Assembly (NCBI GenBank): GCA_047495785.1
Contig: JBLDXI010000009.1
Coordinates: 1,860,001 to 1,924,000 of the forward strand
DNA length: 64,000 bases
Source: Lepidodermella squamata
Taxonomy: Eukaryota; Animalia; Gastrotricha
Direction: 5' to 3'
A program made the translations under genes and the position numbers. Position 1 is the first letter of the stretch, and each line of letters starts with the position of its first letter. Shown piece after piece: positions 11,901 through 25,300 of the stretch. A model generated the notes under the pieces. It was given only the letters and a program-made list of their open reading frames with translations, searched no databases and was not told the origin of the DNA.

Positions 11901-14900
11901 CCAGGAAATTCCTTGTAGACACCCTGCAAGAAGTTAGGGTGGCTATAAAAGCTGCCAATGGGGTTTCACTGGGACAGAGGCGTATCGGGGGATAGATTTT
12001 CTCCCAAAAATCCTGTAAGCTACAAGTTTCCTATGAATCCTCCAACTTTTTCCATTTTAAACCCATTTTCGGCTTGAAAATGCTCAAGAAAGCGTCCGCT
12101 AAAGCTCGTTTCGCTCACAAATATACTTTTTCCAAGTGGTTATCAGGCCGCCAAAAGGCGAAAAGGCTGCCTGACCGCCAAAATGTTGAACATAGGGGGG
12201 AAAAATTATCAGAATTCCTGGCTACGCCACTACAATGGGCTGAGACAAATCGTGAAAGAATCTGAACCAAAATATGCAAAAAGCAAAAATCATGACGATC
12301 TAAATCTAATTCGACTTCGAAAATCGAAAATTCGAAATTCGAACATGGGATTGATTTCAAAGCTGGACCTTTTTCAATTATTCCAGCCCATTAAATTTCC
12401 GAGATTCAACTGATATTATTAAAAGTTTCAACGAGTAATATAACTTACGATTTGGGCTATCGGGGTGATAGTGATGTATTGAAAGTCGAATGTAGCCTTT
12501 GTGATAGAGCACCAGCCAAGGCGCCGTACTTGCTATAAGCATGTAGCAGCGAATGTCGAATTTCCGACCATCCAGCAGCAAAGGGCGGAGTATGTAGCGC
12601 TGAACAATTCGCGTCATCGGCTGGCGAACCTGCCCGCGAGCTTGTACCATTTTATTCTCGCGATCGTCAGCTAACGCTCGCGCTTCTTCAGCCGTTCGCA
12701 CGAGGTGAATGCCGATGCCTTGGTTGAGGCCTGTCGGTTTGCAGATCCAAATTTCGCCGTCCTTGTATATCTGGAGAAACGCCTCGCGGTCGTTTTTATC
12801 GTCTAACCGGTATGTTTCAGGGTAGAACTGGTTCAAACGCATTGAATAGCGCCGTTTCGATTGCGCCAATTGCCGGTCGTAGTCTTGCAACGAGTTCAAC
12901 AGACCGAGTTTATTCGTTAACAATTGACTGTTAGGTATGTGATTCACCATTTGTTCACCCTCGCGGAATGCTGAGTAATTAATCGAAGCTTTGATATCAC
13001 ACCATTTGAAGCGAAATTGATCTGAGTTTTTGTCGGTGATGCGTTTCCAACCTAGAGCTAACAACGGCGCTTCGACAAGCGCCGAGCCGTTGTGGCCACC
13101 GATGTAATAAGTCGGCTGCTGGTTATTCATCATGTGGACCGATGGACGCGGGGCGCGAGTTGCGGCTGGTCTGCGGCCTTCATCGGGCGCATCGCCCATA
13201 TCGTCGCCACCTTAACACAAAAATGAAACTTTCAAACTCGAAGTCAGCTTTGCGAGGCTAAATCATCGTGGCGATGATATTATATATGAAATTTGAGAGG
13301 GACTACACAGCTGCTATATACCACGAGAAGGAGATGAGGAATGATAAAAAATTTATAGTTTTTCGATCAAATGCGGCATCAACGATCTACAGTCAAGTTT
13401 TGCATGCGTTGTAAAACATTTTTAGCCGGGTGTGCGAACAATTTGTGCATGTAATATAAGAGAAAACAGCGGCTGCGAAATTGGCTCATTTTTGCGTATA
13501 AAAGTAAAATCAATGCTTCGCTGCTGTATACACAAAATCGATTCAGGTGACGCCATTACGGCAGCATTATGTAACCCCTAATAAATGCGAATTATATCAC
13601 CATAAAACAACACAAAACAGAACACATTAAACACCTGGGAACGGCAGCAGGTTGTGTGTTTTCAATTTCACAAATTGTCGAGCGTGATATTTTTTTTAGC
13701 ACAGTCCTACATTCATACGCACAGGTGCGACACATTATTGAAGCAACGAAGTAGTCTCATAAATAAGAAGCGGAACTGTGGGGCTTTAAAGTAATTATAG
13801 AGAGCGCTTTTAAACCATAAAGAGGAATGCTTTCGAGAAATTGAAAAACAATATTATCATGATTCTGGCCGAATTTAATGTCTCGCAAATCAAATGATAG
13901 AGTTATTCCACGGTTCTTACCTTGATCATAGCCGCTACGAAATCGATTGCGGCTGTAAGAATACGGTATCGGCGTTGGGGCCGAAACTTCAACATGTTTA
14001 GGCCCGTTACTAGACGAGCCGGAAGAATTGTTGCGCTGATTTATCGAGGTACTTTTTGGCCTCAAAGTCGCAGGGGCGTGATTATTGTGATGGGTATTGT
14101 GGTTAGTCACCGGGCGATGAGGTTGGACCGGAGCGTTCGAAGCTTCAGTCGACGACTCCCGTTGCTTTACATTATTTCCGGCGCCATTTACGGGTGACTG
14201 CGTGAAGCGTTTGACAAACATTTCTCTTATGTTTTGAGCCAGCGCGACGCCGTTATCAGAACCAGGATTTTGGCTTCGATTCTGAGCAAGGCACGACAAG
14301 GTGTTGCTAACCGGTATGGCAGGGCTAGTTTGTAATTGGCGAACTTTGAGCAGGGAAGTGAGGCTTTCAGATGAAGCGTCAAACGTCATTCGGATAACGG
14401 AATCAGGCGACAAGATTCGCTCGAGTGGCCGCCGAACAGCTGAGTGAATCGCACGGTCCCTATTTCGGCGGTAGATATTCGCCGGATCTTCAGCACCATC
14501 TTCCGGCGCGATGATTTTTATCCCGAAATCGTCATCGCTAGAGCTGTTTATCACCGAGCCGCTTTCAACATCGGAATAACTTGAGGAAATCGTGGAATCA
14601 GGCACATTGCCCGATCTCTTCGATTTCCGGCGAGGATGCAACTTTGGCGTAGTTAACACGGCTGATTGCTGACCAGCTGTTATCACGACCTGAGGCGTAG
14701 CTGGCGTGGCTGGTCTACTCGGGATTGTTATTCGGTACTTGACGTTACTCTCCATCTGTTGATCAGAGCTATTTTGTTCGGCCAAAGTTATCATGGAAGG
14801 TCGTGGTGATAAAAGATCGGTCAAACTCGTGTATAGTACAGCTAATGGAGCCGGTGGTTGCTGATCGAATCGCCGCCCAGTGCCGGCTATTATCGGTGTT

Positions 14901-15325
14901 AGCGAAATTCGGTGATAGTCGGGCGAGGACGGCGCTTTCTGAACACGTTTACGACGATAAAGTTTAGCCAATTTTTTTCTACCCGAGCCTGTTGAAGGCG
15001 CGCTACGAATTTTTCGAAAGTCTTCATCATCTGTCAAAAATTGTGCTGGTTGCTCTTGTTGTTGCTGTTGCTCTGTGCTGGCCGATGAACGCAAAATTGG
15101 AGTGGTGAGAACGGAACATAAACGAAATCCAGTTTGAGTGCCGTGAGTAAAATTGCCATCGAAACTTCGCGACAGCTTCAACACTTCATCATCATCAGAA
15201 TCACAATCATCAGAATTTGAGCTTTCATCATCACTTTCGGAGGACAAATAATCAATTTTCGCCAGATCGATATCATCAATAGGCATGTAATCTTCGTCAT
15301 CTTCTAGGACTTCAACTGTCGTCAT
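8987..15325 (-). CDS. TTLL10: Tubulin polyglycylase TTLL10; exons 15325-13921, 13210-12449, 11387-10860, cassette 10514-9798, 9615-8987
   Basis: TTL-domain motifs WICKPTGLNQGIGIHLV, VQRYILRPLLLDGRKFDIR, HLTNQYIQKK, FELYGLDFMIDDNMKVYLIEVNTNPSL match the TTLL10 subfamily. Phase-1 GT-AG introns join five ORF-track fragments in frame. Long low-complexity N- and C-terminal extensions. Confidence 0.88.
11480..11770. mobile_element. MITE (non-autonomous DNA transposon) in TTLL10 intron 2
   Basis: 15-bp TIRs CAGGGGCGTAACCAG / CTGGTTACGCCACTG (14/15); flanks gATGAAAAA / aATGAAAAA form an 8-9 bp target-site duplication. Confidence 0.8.
11975..12232. mobile_element. Degenerate related MITE in the opposite orientation
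   Basis: Ends CAGAGGCGTATCGG and TTCCTGGCTACGCCACTA resemble the TIRs at 11480/11770; internal CTCGTTTCGCTC is a near reverse complement of GAGCGAAGCGAG in the first copy. Confidence 0.5.
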
Positions 15326-18300
15326 CGTCGGAAATTGAAACTTCACAAAGAAATGAAGAGATAGGAGCAACTTAACGATGAGTGCTTTTTTCACAAAAAT
15401 TGAGAGATCGCAGGACAATAAAATCAAAACAAGCCGTCACATTCACGACGATGATGACATTTTTGGTGCGATTTCACAAGTCCATAGAAGTGCAGGTGGG
15501 GAGAAGCTGTCAGCAAAACAAAAAAGAAAACGAAATGAGACGCTCCTCCAAAAACAGGCCTAATATTATAATTTATGATGGTGTTATTTATTTTTGTCAA
15601 TCGATTACAATATTTTAGCTGCGTTTGGCTGAGCGCTTCTGTATAAACAATCAGAATCGCGAGGTGTGGAATTCGGACGAAATTATTGAAGCATGACAGA
15701 GTTTCAAAATTGCAGAACGTAACGTTGCGAAAAATAAACTGTGTGACTTTTCGGTGATTTAATTTCGATTATTTTTTTATCATTCACTTTCTCTCTTCTC
15801 GCGTGTTAATTTTTTGTGTCTTGGCAAAGCATCGACAAAGAATTACAATTAATCAATAAAAAGTACCATTTCGCTGATCTGAATCCAGGTTCTTGGTCGA
15901 TGTTCTGATAAAATCGATCGAGGACGCTGCTCTTGGGTTACTTTGGCTCTGAGTTTGATCAACTGTCATTACATCACCATTTTCTTCGAGTCAGTATTTT
16001 GCATTATATTATAACAACGCAACGTCCTATTGTTGACAAGGACAAATTGTAAACATTTTTCATCAATTTTTCGTAGCCCGAATTCTAGCCAAAATATCGA
16101 AACAGCATGCGAATCAATTGCACTTTAAAAAATCGTATTCGACGAGCTGTGTCGGCTGTATCCATCTCAACCTAACAGTATTAGTGAGGCTTATAGATAT
16201 GGCGCGTTAGGGCCACATCAAAATATTGGACCACCAATACCGAGAGGTAAGACGGAAACTGCGCGACAACGCACAAGTAGTAGGCTGGAATGTAAAAGCA
16301 AGTGCAACTTGAAAGCAGCTGTAAATTTGGCAGAATGACAAGAATTGGCAACAGCAAGTGGTTAAATATCTAAAAGCCATGTCCGGTTGTAACTGGTTGT
16401 AACAGCCAAATCGAGGCGATTGTGTTGAGATAGGGCGTTGCGAGGGTTTAAGTAATACCCGGCCGAGCGGGTGTTTACACGGCAAAAATTTGAATTACTG
16501 ATGCAGAGCAAATATTTATCGAGAGCGCCAAAGAGACCACAAGACACCGACACGGCGAAAACGCGCGATACAAGCGCCTCGCGCGGTGAGTCAGCTGGGC
16601 GCGGGCGACTGATACGGATAAGCGCTCATGCTAATTCCTACTAATAATTTGTATCGGAGCTCGCGTGTCGCACGTATCCGGAAAATTATGCGACACCGCG
16701 GCACATGCCTATCTTATCGCGTTATCTAGCATATCTTGACGCTAGTAATAATAAAAATAAACATTCACACACAGGTGGATAATAAATTATGTGCATGACT
16801 TTTATCTAAGGCTCGCGCTTCACAGCCGGGATAACCTTCTGTTGCGCATAACTGATTAAGCACTCGAGCGCGTCTTATCAGGCCGGCAAATTTTTCGAAT
16901 ACGACGGCGCCATTTCACACCAATATCTCAGCCGTTTGTGGCGCAACACCTGTCTTGCGCTTGGCCCGGCGCGGCATTTAGACGGCAGGGCTTTTAAGAT
17001 AAGGCTGATTTTTGTCGTGTAAAAATGTCACCACCGCGCGCGTTTTGGCGAAGCAAGAGGAAGTGAAAAACAGGGCGAGATGTGTGGAGAATATCATGCA
17101 AAAATATATGCAGAATACGAAAAACGTATTCGCATGACGCGTTCCGCGAGGAAAAGAGCACACGCACACATTTTAGTCACAGCTCGTTGAATATTTCTCA
17201 CAAAGCGCGAGATGTTTGAGGCCGGGGTTTTGATATAAATACTCATGTAATAATATATATTGGTAATAGCCTTATTTGGCGATCTTGACTAAATACTTGA
17301 CAAACGACAAAAGCGTTGGTACGTGTCGGTGTCGGGCAGAACCAGACTTGTCGTATGCGGGTAGGTAGGTATAATATCACAGCATACTGCGTGCCTGTGT
17401 ATGATACATCGAGAAAAGAGAAGACCACGAGATGTCTTTTTGTCGCCCAAGTACCTGCGCTCTTCGCCGCGTCGGCTTTCTCTTTGTGCATTATAGTGAG
17501 TGTTAATAAAGAAATAAGGGTTGTGCGTGATAGACTATTTGACTAGGGCGACAAACTCCTTATACAGCGGTTATACATGTACTTATTACCTGCTTTTCGT
17601 AGGGAAGAAAATAGCTCCATAACGTATATATTTATACCAGCTATGATGTATGCGAAAATAGCCAAAAGCAAAAGTCGCGAGTCTAAAAACGCAATAATGC
17701 GCTACTCAGATATACCTATGTCGCCAAGCCATGCGCGTGTATATAAATTGTTATAAAGGCGGAATAATTCTCTGTTGACTGTGTTACTTTAATGTGTTAG
17801 CTAATAACCGCCCTAATTTTGTATTCATGCCACCTGGAAACGAATGCCAAGACGAAAAGCACCTTCCATTACCACCGCAACCACTACTACCGCCGTATTA
17901 GCTGCCCGCTGTAAATAGCTATGGCATGCTAGAATTATTGCTAGATGTATCACATCCATCCACAACACGTCAAAAAGCGCACTAGTCTGACCGGCTGTCT
18001 CCATTGGTCGCGCGCCTGCATCCCAGATATTCGCGTCAAACGTAATCACGATGTGGCAAAAAAGCGTGGAAACGCATATCAATGGCTATAGATATACCAG
18101 TGGAATTTTTCTTTATAGCCATTTTTCACGGTGACATAACACATAGCACTATAATACCTGTTTGAAATGTCTGAAGGAAGGGCGGCGCACTATGATTTTT
18201 TTGCCAACTCGCACCAGCACTTGCTTGTAGTTTTTGGGCGCTCATGCTTTCAGATGATAGCATGAAGCGTGGCACGTCGCACAGCCATATGGGTGGTTGT

Positions 18301-21300
18301 AGGGTGACCGATGAAAAAAAGCCCAGCAATGGACAGATGGTTTTAAAAGCGTGGCGAGTGCACTAATGCCATGTGACCCATATATACCTAGCAGACCTTT
18401 ACGAAAAATAATGCGCCACATAAAGCAGTTCTGCGATAAAACTTGAGTGGCCTGCCAGAAGTGCTGCGTGTTCGGTTAATAGAAAAGTTGCTTTCCGCTC
18501 AACACATTTTTGCGCGGCAACTATTTTTTTACGATCCGCAAGGCAATGCTGTTTTTTATACGCATCATAACACTAAGGCAATAAATGAAGTGGCAAATTC
18601 TGAGCTTGAAATTCATAAATCGGTACATTGAGAAATATACGTATGAGCCACTCATCTCCATTTTTCATGCCTAATTCCATTCGATTTCTAGGTCATTCTA
18701 AATTATGGCTTTCGGTTGTTAACTTCAAGCGGGTAATATCACCAAATTTTACGTAGGATTCGAACATAACAAGCCATATATTGCGGATATTAACTGAACT
18801 TGCACTTCAATGATTGCAACATTATTTACCAGTACAGGCGACTACAACGATGGTGCCATTAAAGAAATTCGTTGCAGGGAACCTTTGCTAAAGCGAGAGT
18901 AGCAGAGGAAAGCCGTCAATTATCCAGCCCGAATCATTATCATACGCCTTATATGATCGTGACCTTCAATTATGAGTGAGTAATAATAAATTTGATAGAA
19001 GAATTCCGGATATAATTTTCGGCGCTACTTTATTGCAGCTGAATCGATTGCAAAATACAAAAATGGCTTGGTAATGCTAAACGCATACACGTGCAAAACG
19101 CGGTATTCAGTGACCGGTTGCCCAATCTGACAAAACTTCGAAGCCTAATTTGCATGATTAATGCAAAATAATAATATGGTGGAATATATCAGATAACTTT
19201 CTAAGCCAATTACTGAACCTAGTATGGGATTAAACTGAAATTTTAAAATTTTGGTCATCTCTTTCAAAGAAAATAATATGTGAGTGTTTCTAGCGAATTA
19301 GCATGGGTACAAGTTGAAAATAAAATAAATCTGATCTGCAGTGGTTAACAAGGTCAAAGGCAGGAACTCCCCAAAACCCTTTCGGATAGTTACACAAACT
19401 CGCGTATCTGAGACGTATCTAGAAGTAGCTCGTCCACAAAATTGTGGGTTGAAGCTCAATTACGAGAGCCCTACTGAAGCCTTTCCAGTAGGTACCAACT
19501 AATGACTTGCATAAAAACCACACATTTGATTGGTGATTGTTGCGCAAAATCAGCTGATAGAATGAATATGTAGAATACAACAGCCCATCTGATGATAAAT
19601 TCTGAACTATCCAAATTTAACCATTCATTAAAAGCTTTTCTCGTGGATCCAACAACAATCTGGTCAAGGTTCTATCATTCAGCCGCCTTCAGGAATATGA
19701 AATAAAATGATTATAACAGGGCAAAATATTCGGCTCTCGAAGGCTGCACATGTGGTGTAAGATATGTTGAGTTTTCAGCCAGCAGTCATAAATAACGATA
19801 TTAATTAACCTAACTAAAGTTCTAAGAAATTTTAAAAGTCCGCATATGAAAAGGATATAAAGCCGAGAAAAACAAAAGATCAAATATACTAAATGAATCA
19901 CATGGAATCACAAAACTTGGGATCAACTGCCGAAATTTCATTATTAAGTCAAGCACGAAGGTGAGTAAGGTGTGTTAAGTTTCTGGAAGATCGCACGAGG
20001 TTTGGAAAATGAAATGCTTGTCATATCCAATATGCGCACAAAATCATTGTTTGCCCCATAATGTAACTTTTTGCAAGGGACATCACTGATCAGAACAAAG
20101 TTTGTTTACAGATTTCTTCATTTCCAAGCTGTTTTAAGACCTAAATATGCCGATAGGGTTCTCCAGATTACAAATTCCCAAAAAGTAAAAAAACAAAAAG
20201 ATACATTTCTTTTAAATTAGGTAGCTTTCGCATGGTTCATTTGATGTTGAATCAAGGCATCAGGTGTACCTCGAAGAAAGCTCCCTTGTAGGGCGAAATA
20301 AGTGACATACTATTCGAAATATGAAGTCATCATGAGTGTAATTAAACTGTGGGTCAACATCTCAAGTTGAATTTACGCAAGGCAAAAAAGACTAGTTTAT
20401 ATAGCGATTTACCCAGCCTTTGAATATTGGATAGTCCACAGCCAGTTTATCAGGAACCTAAATATGCACCTAAACGTGTTAAAATGAAGCATTGGTTGGC
20501 GGTACAAGCCTGAATTATAGTCTAATAACATGGGAAAGAAAACGATTCATTCAGTTATACAGATATACATCCCACATATCGGTATTCAGGACTCCGCATT
20601 TGCCGTCTCGCTTCATTGTTGCGGAAATTCATCACCAAGGAGCATATAGCACGTGGAGTGCGTGTTGCCAAGGACAAATAAACGTTGCTAAGTATTTTGT
20701 TTACAGCCTATTTATTTTAGGTTATTACATGTAAACAAATTTAATCTTTATTTTAAAAAATGTTTCAAAACCAGGAAACTGCAGAATAAAACCCGCTAAT
20801 GAGGATCGAATTCCCGAACGAGCGGCCTATCCCGTTGACGCATCAATACGGTTCATCACCGTAAAACAATTACTGCGATGCGTTATGCGTTATGCGTTAT
20901 GCCTGGATGAACTCATCTCGGTAGTCGACTGTTACAGAATTCTTAATACCTTTGTCATCATCACTGTTAATCTATACTATATACGTGGCCTGTGGACACT
21001 TCTGCACCGCTTCACAAAAATTTTGTAATAAATTGCTTAATAAAAGTCTAAGGTCTAGGGGCTTAATTACTTTTCAAGAATTGAGACTCGCATTCACGAA
21101 TTGCCGATTGCAAAATTGGGATCCTGTTTTTATCCTCTTTTATTCCATCATCAATATCACTGGATTTATGATTTGTGATGCTTATTTCAAATTTCTATAA
21201 CTGGCAGCGGTTCCCAATGCCCTTCATTTATAATACCTATGTAAATTGTGACAGTTTTTGCAGTCTCAAGCTCCAATCTCATGCCTCAGCATTGTGTGCC

Positions 21301-22339
21301 TAAAACAATATTTTTTCAGGGTCAATTCGATTATCCCTTGAGGGTGACTTCAACTTTTAATTTTTTCGCGAATCAGTAACTTACAGGATAAAGTTTGTAT
21401 TCAAATAATCGACTTCTCGTTGATGTTTCTATTTTGCTGGTTCATTCATTGATTGTTTTACCGAATGGACGGTCACTGCTTTGATTTTGTTAGTCTAGTC
21501 TAGTGTATAGCAATTTCCATGTTTGTTCAGTCCCCAGTGGTATTTCTTTCTCTTTGAGCTTTCTCTTTCTCCAAATAATGCATAATGTGCATTAAAAGGT
21601 AATGCATAGTAGTATTGAACACTACCTGATAAAATGAGCTGTCCAAAATCCTAAACGTAACGTTTGCATGTAGCGGTAGTCTGAACAATAGACAGTTCGT
21701 TGCATACTTCACTATGAGCTATGAGCCTCTCCCCTAACAGCCTAGTGTGGAATCTGTTGATCTACCTCTTCCTCCATAACCCTTCAAACAAGCGTAATGT
21801 TGAGTGTTGACATTTTAAAGATTCAGAAGCTGTACCAGGATGTCTCTAATTGCGAATATATAACTCTGTCGTTTTGCGAAATTATCCGACGGTAGTGACC
21901 ATCAGCTGAAAATGTTTCGAGCAATTTAGGATCCAGCACGTAAAGATTAATAATATTCCTAAATTTTCCCATTAGTTAATAAAGATTGAAGTTGTTTATG
22001 TGGCTTTTCAACCTCTCCTTTTCTGTTGTTTGTGAGGTTTTGCGTCACCCGGCTTTTAAGATTACCGCTTGTATCCAAATCATTCTCTGTACCTATATCT
22101 TCTCCTTCCTTTGATTGATCAAAGGCGAACCCCATTCCCGTTTATCGTCGTCCTTCCCTATACCTACCGGTATATCGGTTCCTCTAGCTATTTTATGACT
22201 ATCAAACTCCAACTAACAACAAATAAGGCTAAAATAAAACGTTTAATCGTTTCCGTTATCCGTTATTTATTTGTGCCTTTTCACTGCAGCCATTTACTGC
22301 TTGTTCTAATAACTTTCATTTATTAATAGGATTTGAATA

Positions 22340-25300
22340 ATGAGTGCGAATCCGACACCCTCAAAGTTGTCTGGGCTTCGGCCGCCCTCAAAAATCACGC
22401 GGCCGTCAACCGGTGGACCAAGTTCTCATCTAAGCGTCAGCAAAGGTAAGTGAAATGGTGGCAAGTTTATTATTTGTCCAATGTAAATAATATTCGTTTA
22501 CTCATACTTCTGGCAATTTTCCTAATAGGAGACAAGGGTTTGTCACCGTAATATTATTGTAATATAACTGTTATTGGTGGATTCACGGTTATGTTTGTTA
22601 TCGTTTAGCAGCGTGCTTGTGAGCAGTGGTATAGGGTGTAAGTGGGTAAGGTAGTTGGGGAGGATGGTATCTAAACAGTAACGCGCCCATATGTGTTAAG
22701 TAAAGTAGCTTCATCGGTTCCGGTCAGTGATGGGCGTTATTTTCATTGGCATGTAATGGGCTAAATGAACCGATGCGCGAGCGCGCTAGGACCGGAGTGC
22801 ATCCGCCACTGCGCGCGGCACTGTGGTACGTTGAGTTTGATTGTGTTGGTCCATCTGTGCAGATTGTTTCATTTCCTTCAGTGCTCTTTGCTCTAAGGGC
22901 GTGTGCTTTTTCATTGTCTAGAATCCGTCTCGAGTGCGGCAGGCGCTGCGGTAATGGCGTCTGCTACCCGCCCGGCCCCGCCTGGTGGTCACGCACAACA
23001 GACTACGGCAAGCCCGACGCCATCAACTTCATCACTCGCCAACGAAAGTCTTATTATCGGCGACAAAGTTATAGTGGGTCAACGTTCCGGCAAGGTGGCG
23101 TTTATTGGCGAAGTCAAATTTGCGAAGGGTGATTGGGTTGGTGTTGTTCTTGACGAAGCAGCTGGTAAGAACGACGGATCAGTTGGCGGCGTTCATTATT
23201 TCCAGTGCGAACCGAATCACGGCCTTTTCGTAACCTTGCAAAAGGTCCAAAAGGTTGGACCGCCTTCACCGGTACCGCAATCAAAAATGGCACCTCCTAC
23301 ACAGCAAGCGACTCGGCACGAAACTCCACTCCAATCAAAAGCGGCCCCTCCACCTGTCGAGTCTTCCCTACCTCCCCATCCACCCGCAGAGGCTAATAAT
23401 GCGGATTTTACTGTCGCGATCGGAGACCGAGTTATGGTCGGTGGTCGCGTTGGCACTGTTCGATTTGCTGGTACCACTAGTTTCGCCCCTGGCGACTGGG
23501 TTGGCGTCGAACTCGATGGCCCTCTTGGAAAAAACGATGGTTCAGTGCAAGGCAAACGTTATTTCGAATGCAGACCTCTTTTTGGCTTGTTCGCGCCTCT
23601 TCAAAAAGTTCAAAAAGTCGATGCAAATAACCCGGTTCCTACTCCTGTTCCTGGAAGCGTTGTACCACCCCCTCCAACATCGGCACTCGCCAAAGGTAAT
23701 TTCAAACTTGAAATAAGCCGAATCATAGTCATATTAATTTATTAATTTATTTAGGAGCTATTCCTCGTGGTGGCATCCCCGTTCCAGGTGGCCTGCGCAG
23801 ATCGGATTCTAATGAGTCAGTTAATTCCGTCGCTTCATCAGTCATGTCGTCAGCATCGCGCTCAGCGAGACCAGTTAACCCGGCCATGATATCCAGTGCT
23901 TACCAGCAAGCGAAACAACCTGCAGAAAGGCGCATGTCTGGTCAGTTGGAGACTTTGCAGAAGGCACTCCGTGAGAAAGAGGAGCATGTCGATCAGCTCC
24001 TGAGAGAAATTGATTCGAGTCGCAACGAAATCGCCCGCATTTCAACTCGCGCTGATAACCTCGAAGCTGCTCTAAGCAAAACCAACACCGAACACGAGCA
24101 ATACGTTTTTGATACGAATGAACGCATCGTTCATTTAACTGCCGCTATTGCCAAGTTGGAGTCGGAGAAGCAAGCAGTTGCCGCTGCGGTTGACGACGAA
24201 AAGCGAAAAGTTGAGGATTTACAGTTCCAACTCGAAGAGCAAAGCTTGACTACGGACGAAATTTTACAAACACCGAAACAAGAATCGAGTGGCAGATCGA
24301 ACGCTGAATTCGAGGAGCAAGCACGAGAAATCGAATCGTTGAAAAATGAGTTGCGCAATTCAACCGAAAAATGCCGGTCTCTTGAAGAGAAATTACACGA
24401 AGTCGATGCGCTGAAAAGTGACCTCATCAAGTCAGCCGAAACCATTCGCGAGCTACAGTCTCAAATTTCGAAATTGTCGAGCTCAGCCGAAACCGAAAAG
24501 AGTCAAGTGGCTTCTTTAACTACCGAATTAGCCGCGTTAAGATCTCAGCTGGATGAGAAGCAGGCTTTGCTAGCCAATTTCCAACAACTGGCGTCTAAAC
24601 AAGAAGCTGACTCAGCCGCCTCGAAAGACGTCGAGGGGCAATTGAGGGCTCAAATTAACGAGCTGTCTTCTGCGAAAAATGGCTTGTCGCTTGAAATCGA
24701 ACAACTCCGCGCATCTAGCAGCACTGTCTCCGCTGAAAAGTCGCAAATTTTAGCGAGAGAGGCTGATCTCAATGCGAAGTTACTAGCCGCTCAGAATAGT
24801 CTTGCTGAGCTTGAATCTACGATTGCGAAGAAGGATTCGGAGAACGAGTCCGTTAAAGGCAAGATCTCGCAACTAGAAGGCCAGCTTGCTAAACTCACCG
24901 GTGAAAACGAGTCGCTAAAGAGCCAAGTTTCTGACCTTGAGGCAGCTATCCGTCGAAGCAGTCAGTCGGAATCAGCTGCTGTCAAGGAAATGGAGGAAAC
25001 TTTGAATAAGCAGTCGGAAGAGTTGCGGGCGTTGAAAGCCAAGGCCCACGAAGCTGAAGAGGCCGCGCGGCAACGAGAAACTCAGCTCCAGTCTACAAAC
25101 CAGTCATTGGTTCAGAAAACATCAGATCTTGAGAATCTTCTGAAAAAAGCCACAGAATCCGAGGCTGAAATTGCGACAAAGTTGAAGGAGATTCAAGAAT
25201 CATTCGGTAAACAAGTGAGCGAGCTGAAATCATCTTTTGACGACGTTAAGAAGGCTGAGGAGGACGGACGTCGACGTGAATCGGAATTGCAAGCAACCAA

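Noticed and set aside
17374-17406. TATCACAGC, miR-2-like seed
   Set aside because: The rest of the mature sequence does not match and there is no pre-miRNA-length hairpin.
18750-18770. GTTCGAATCC B-box-like motif on the minus strand (similar motif near 30130)
   Set aside because: No A-box or cloverleaf can be built; not a tRNA.
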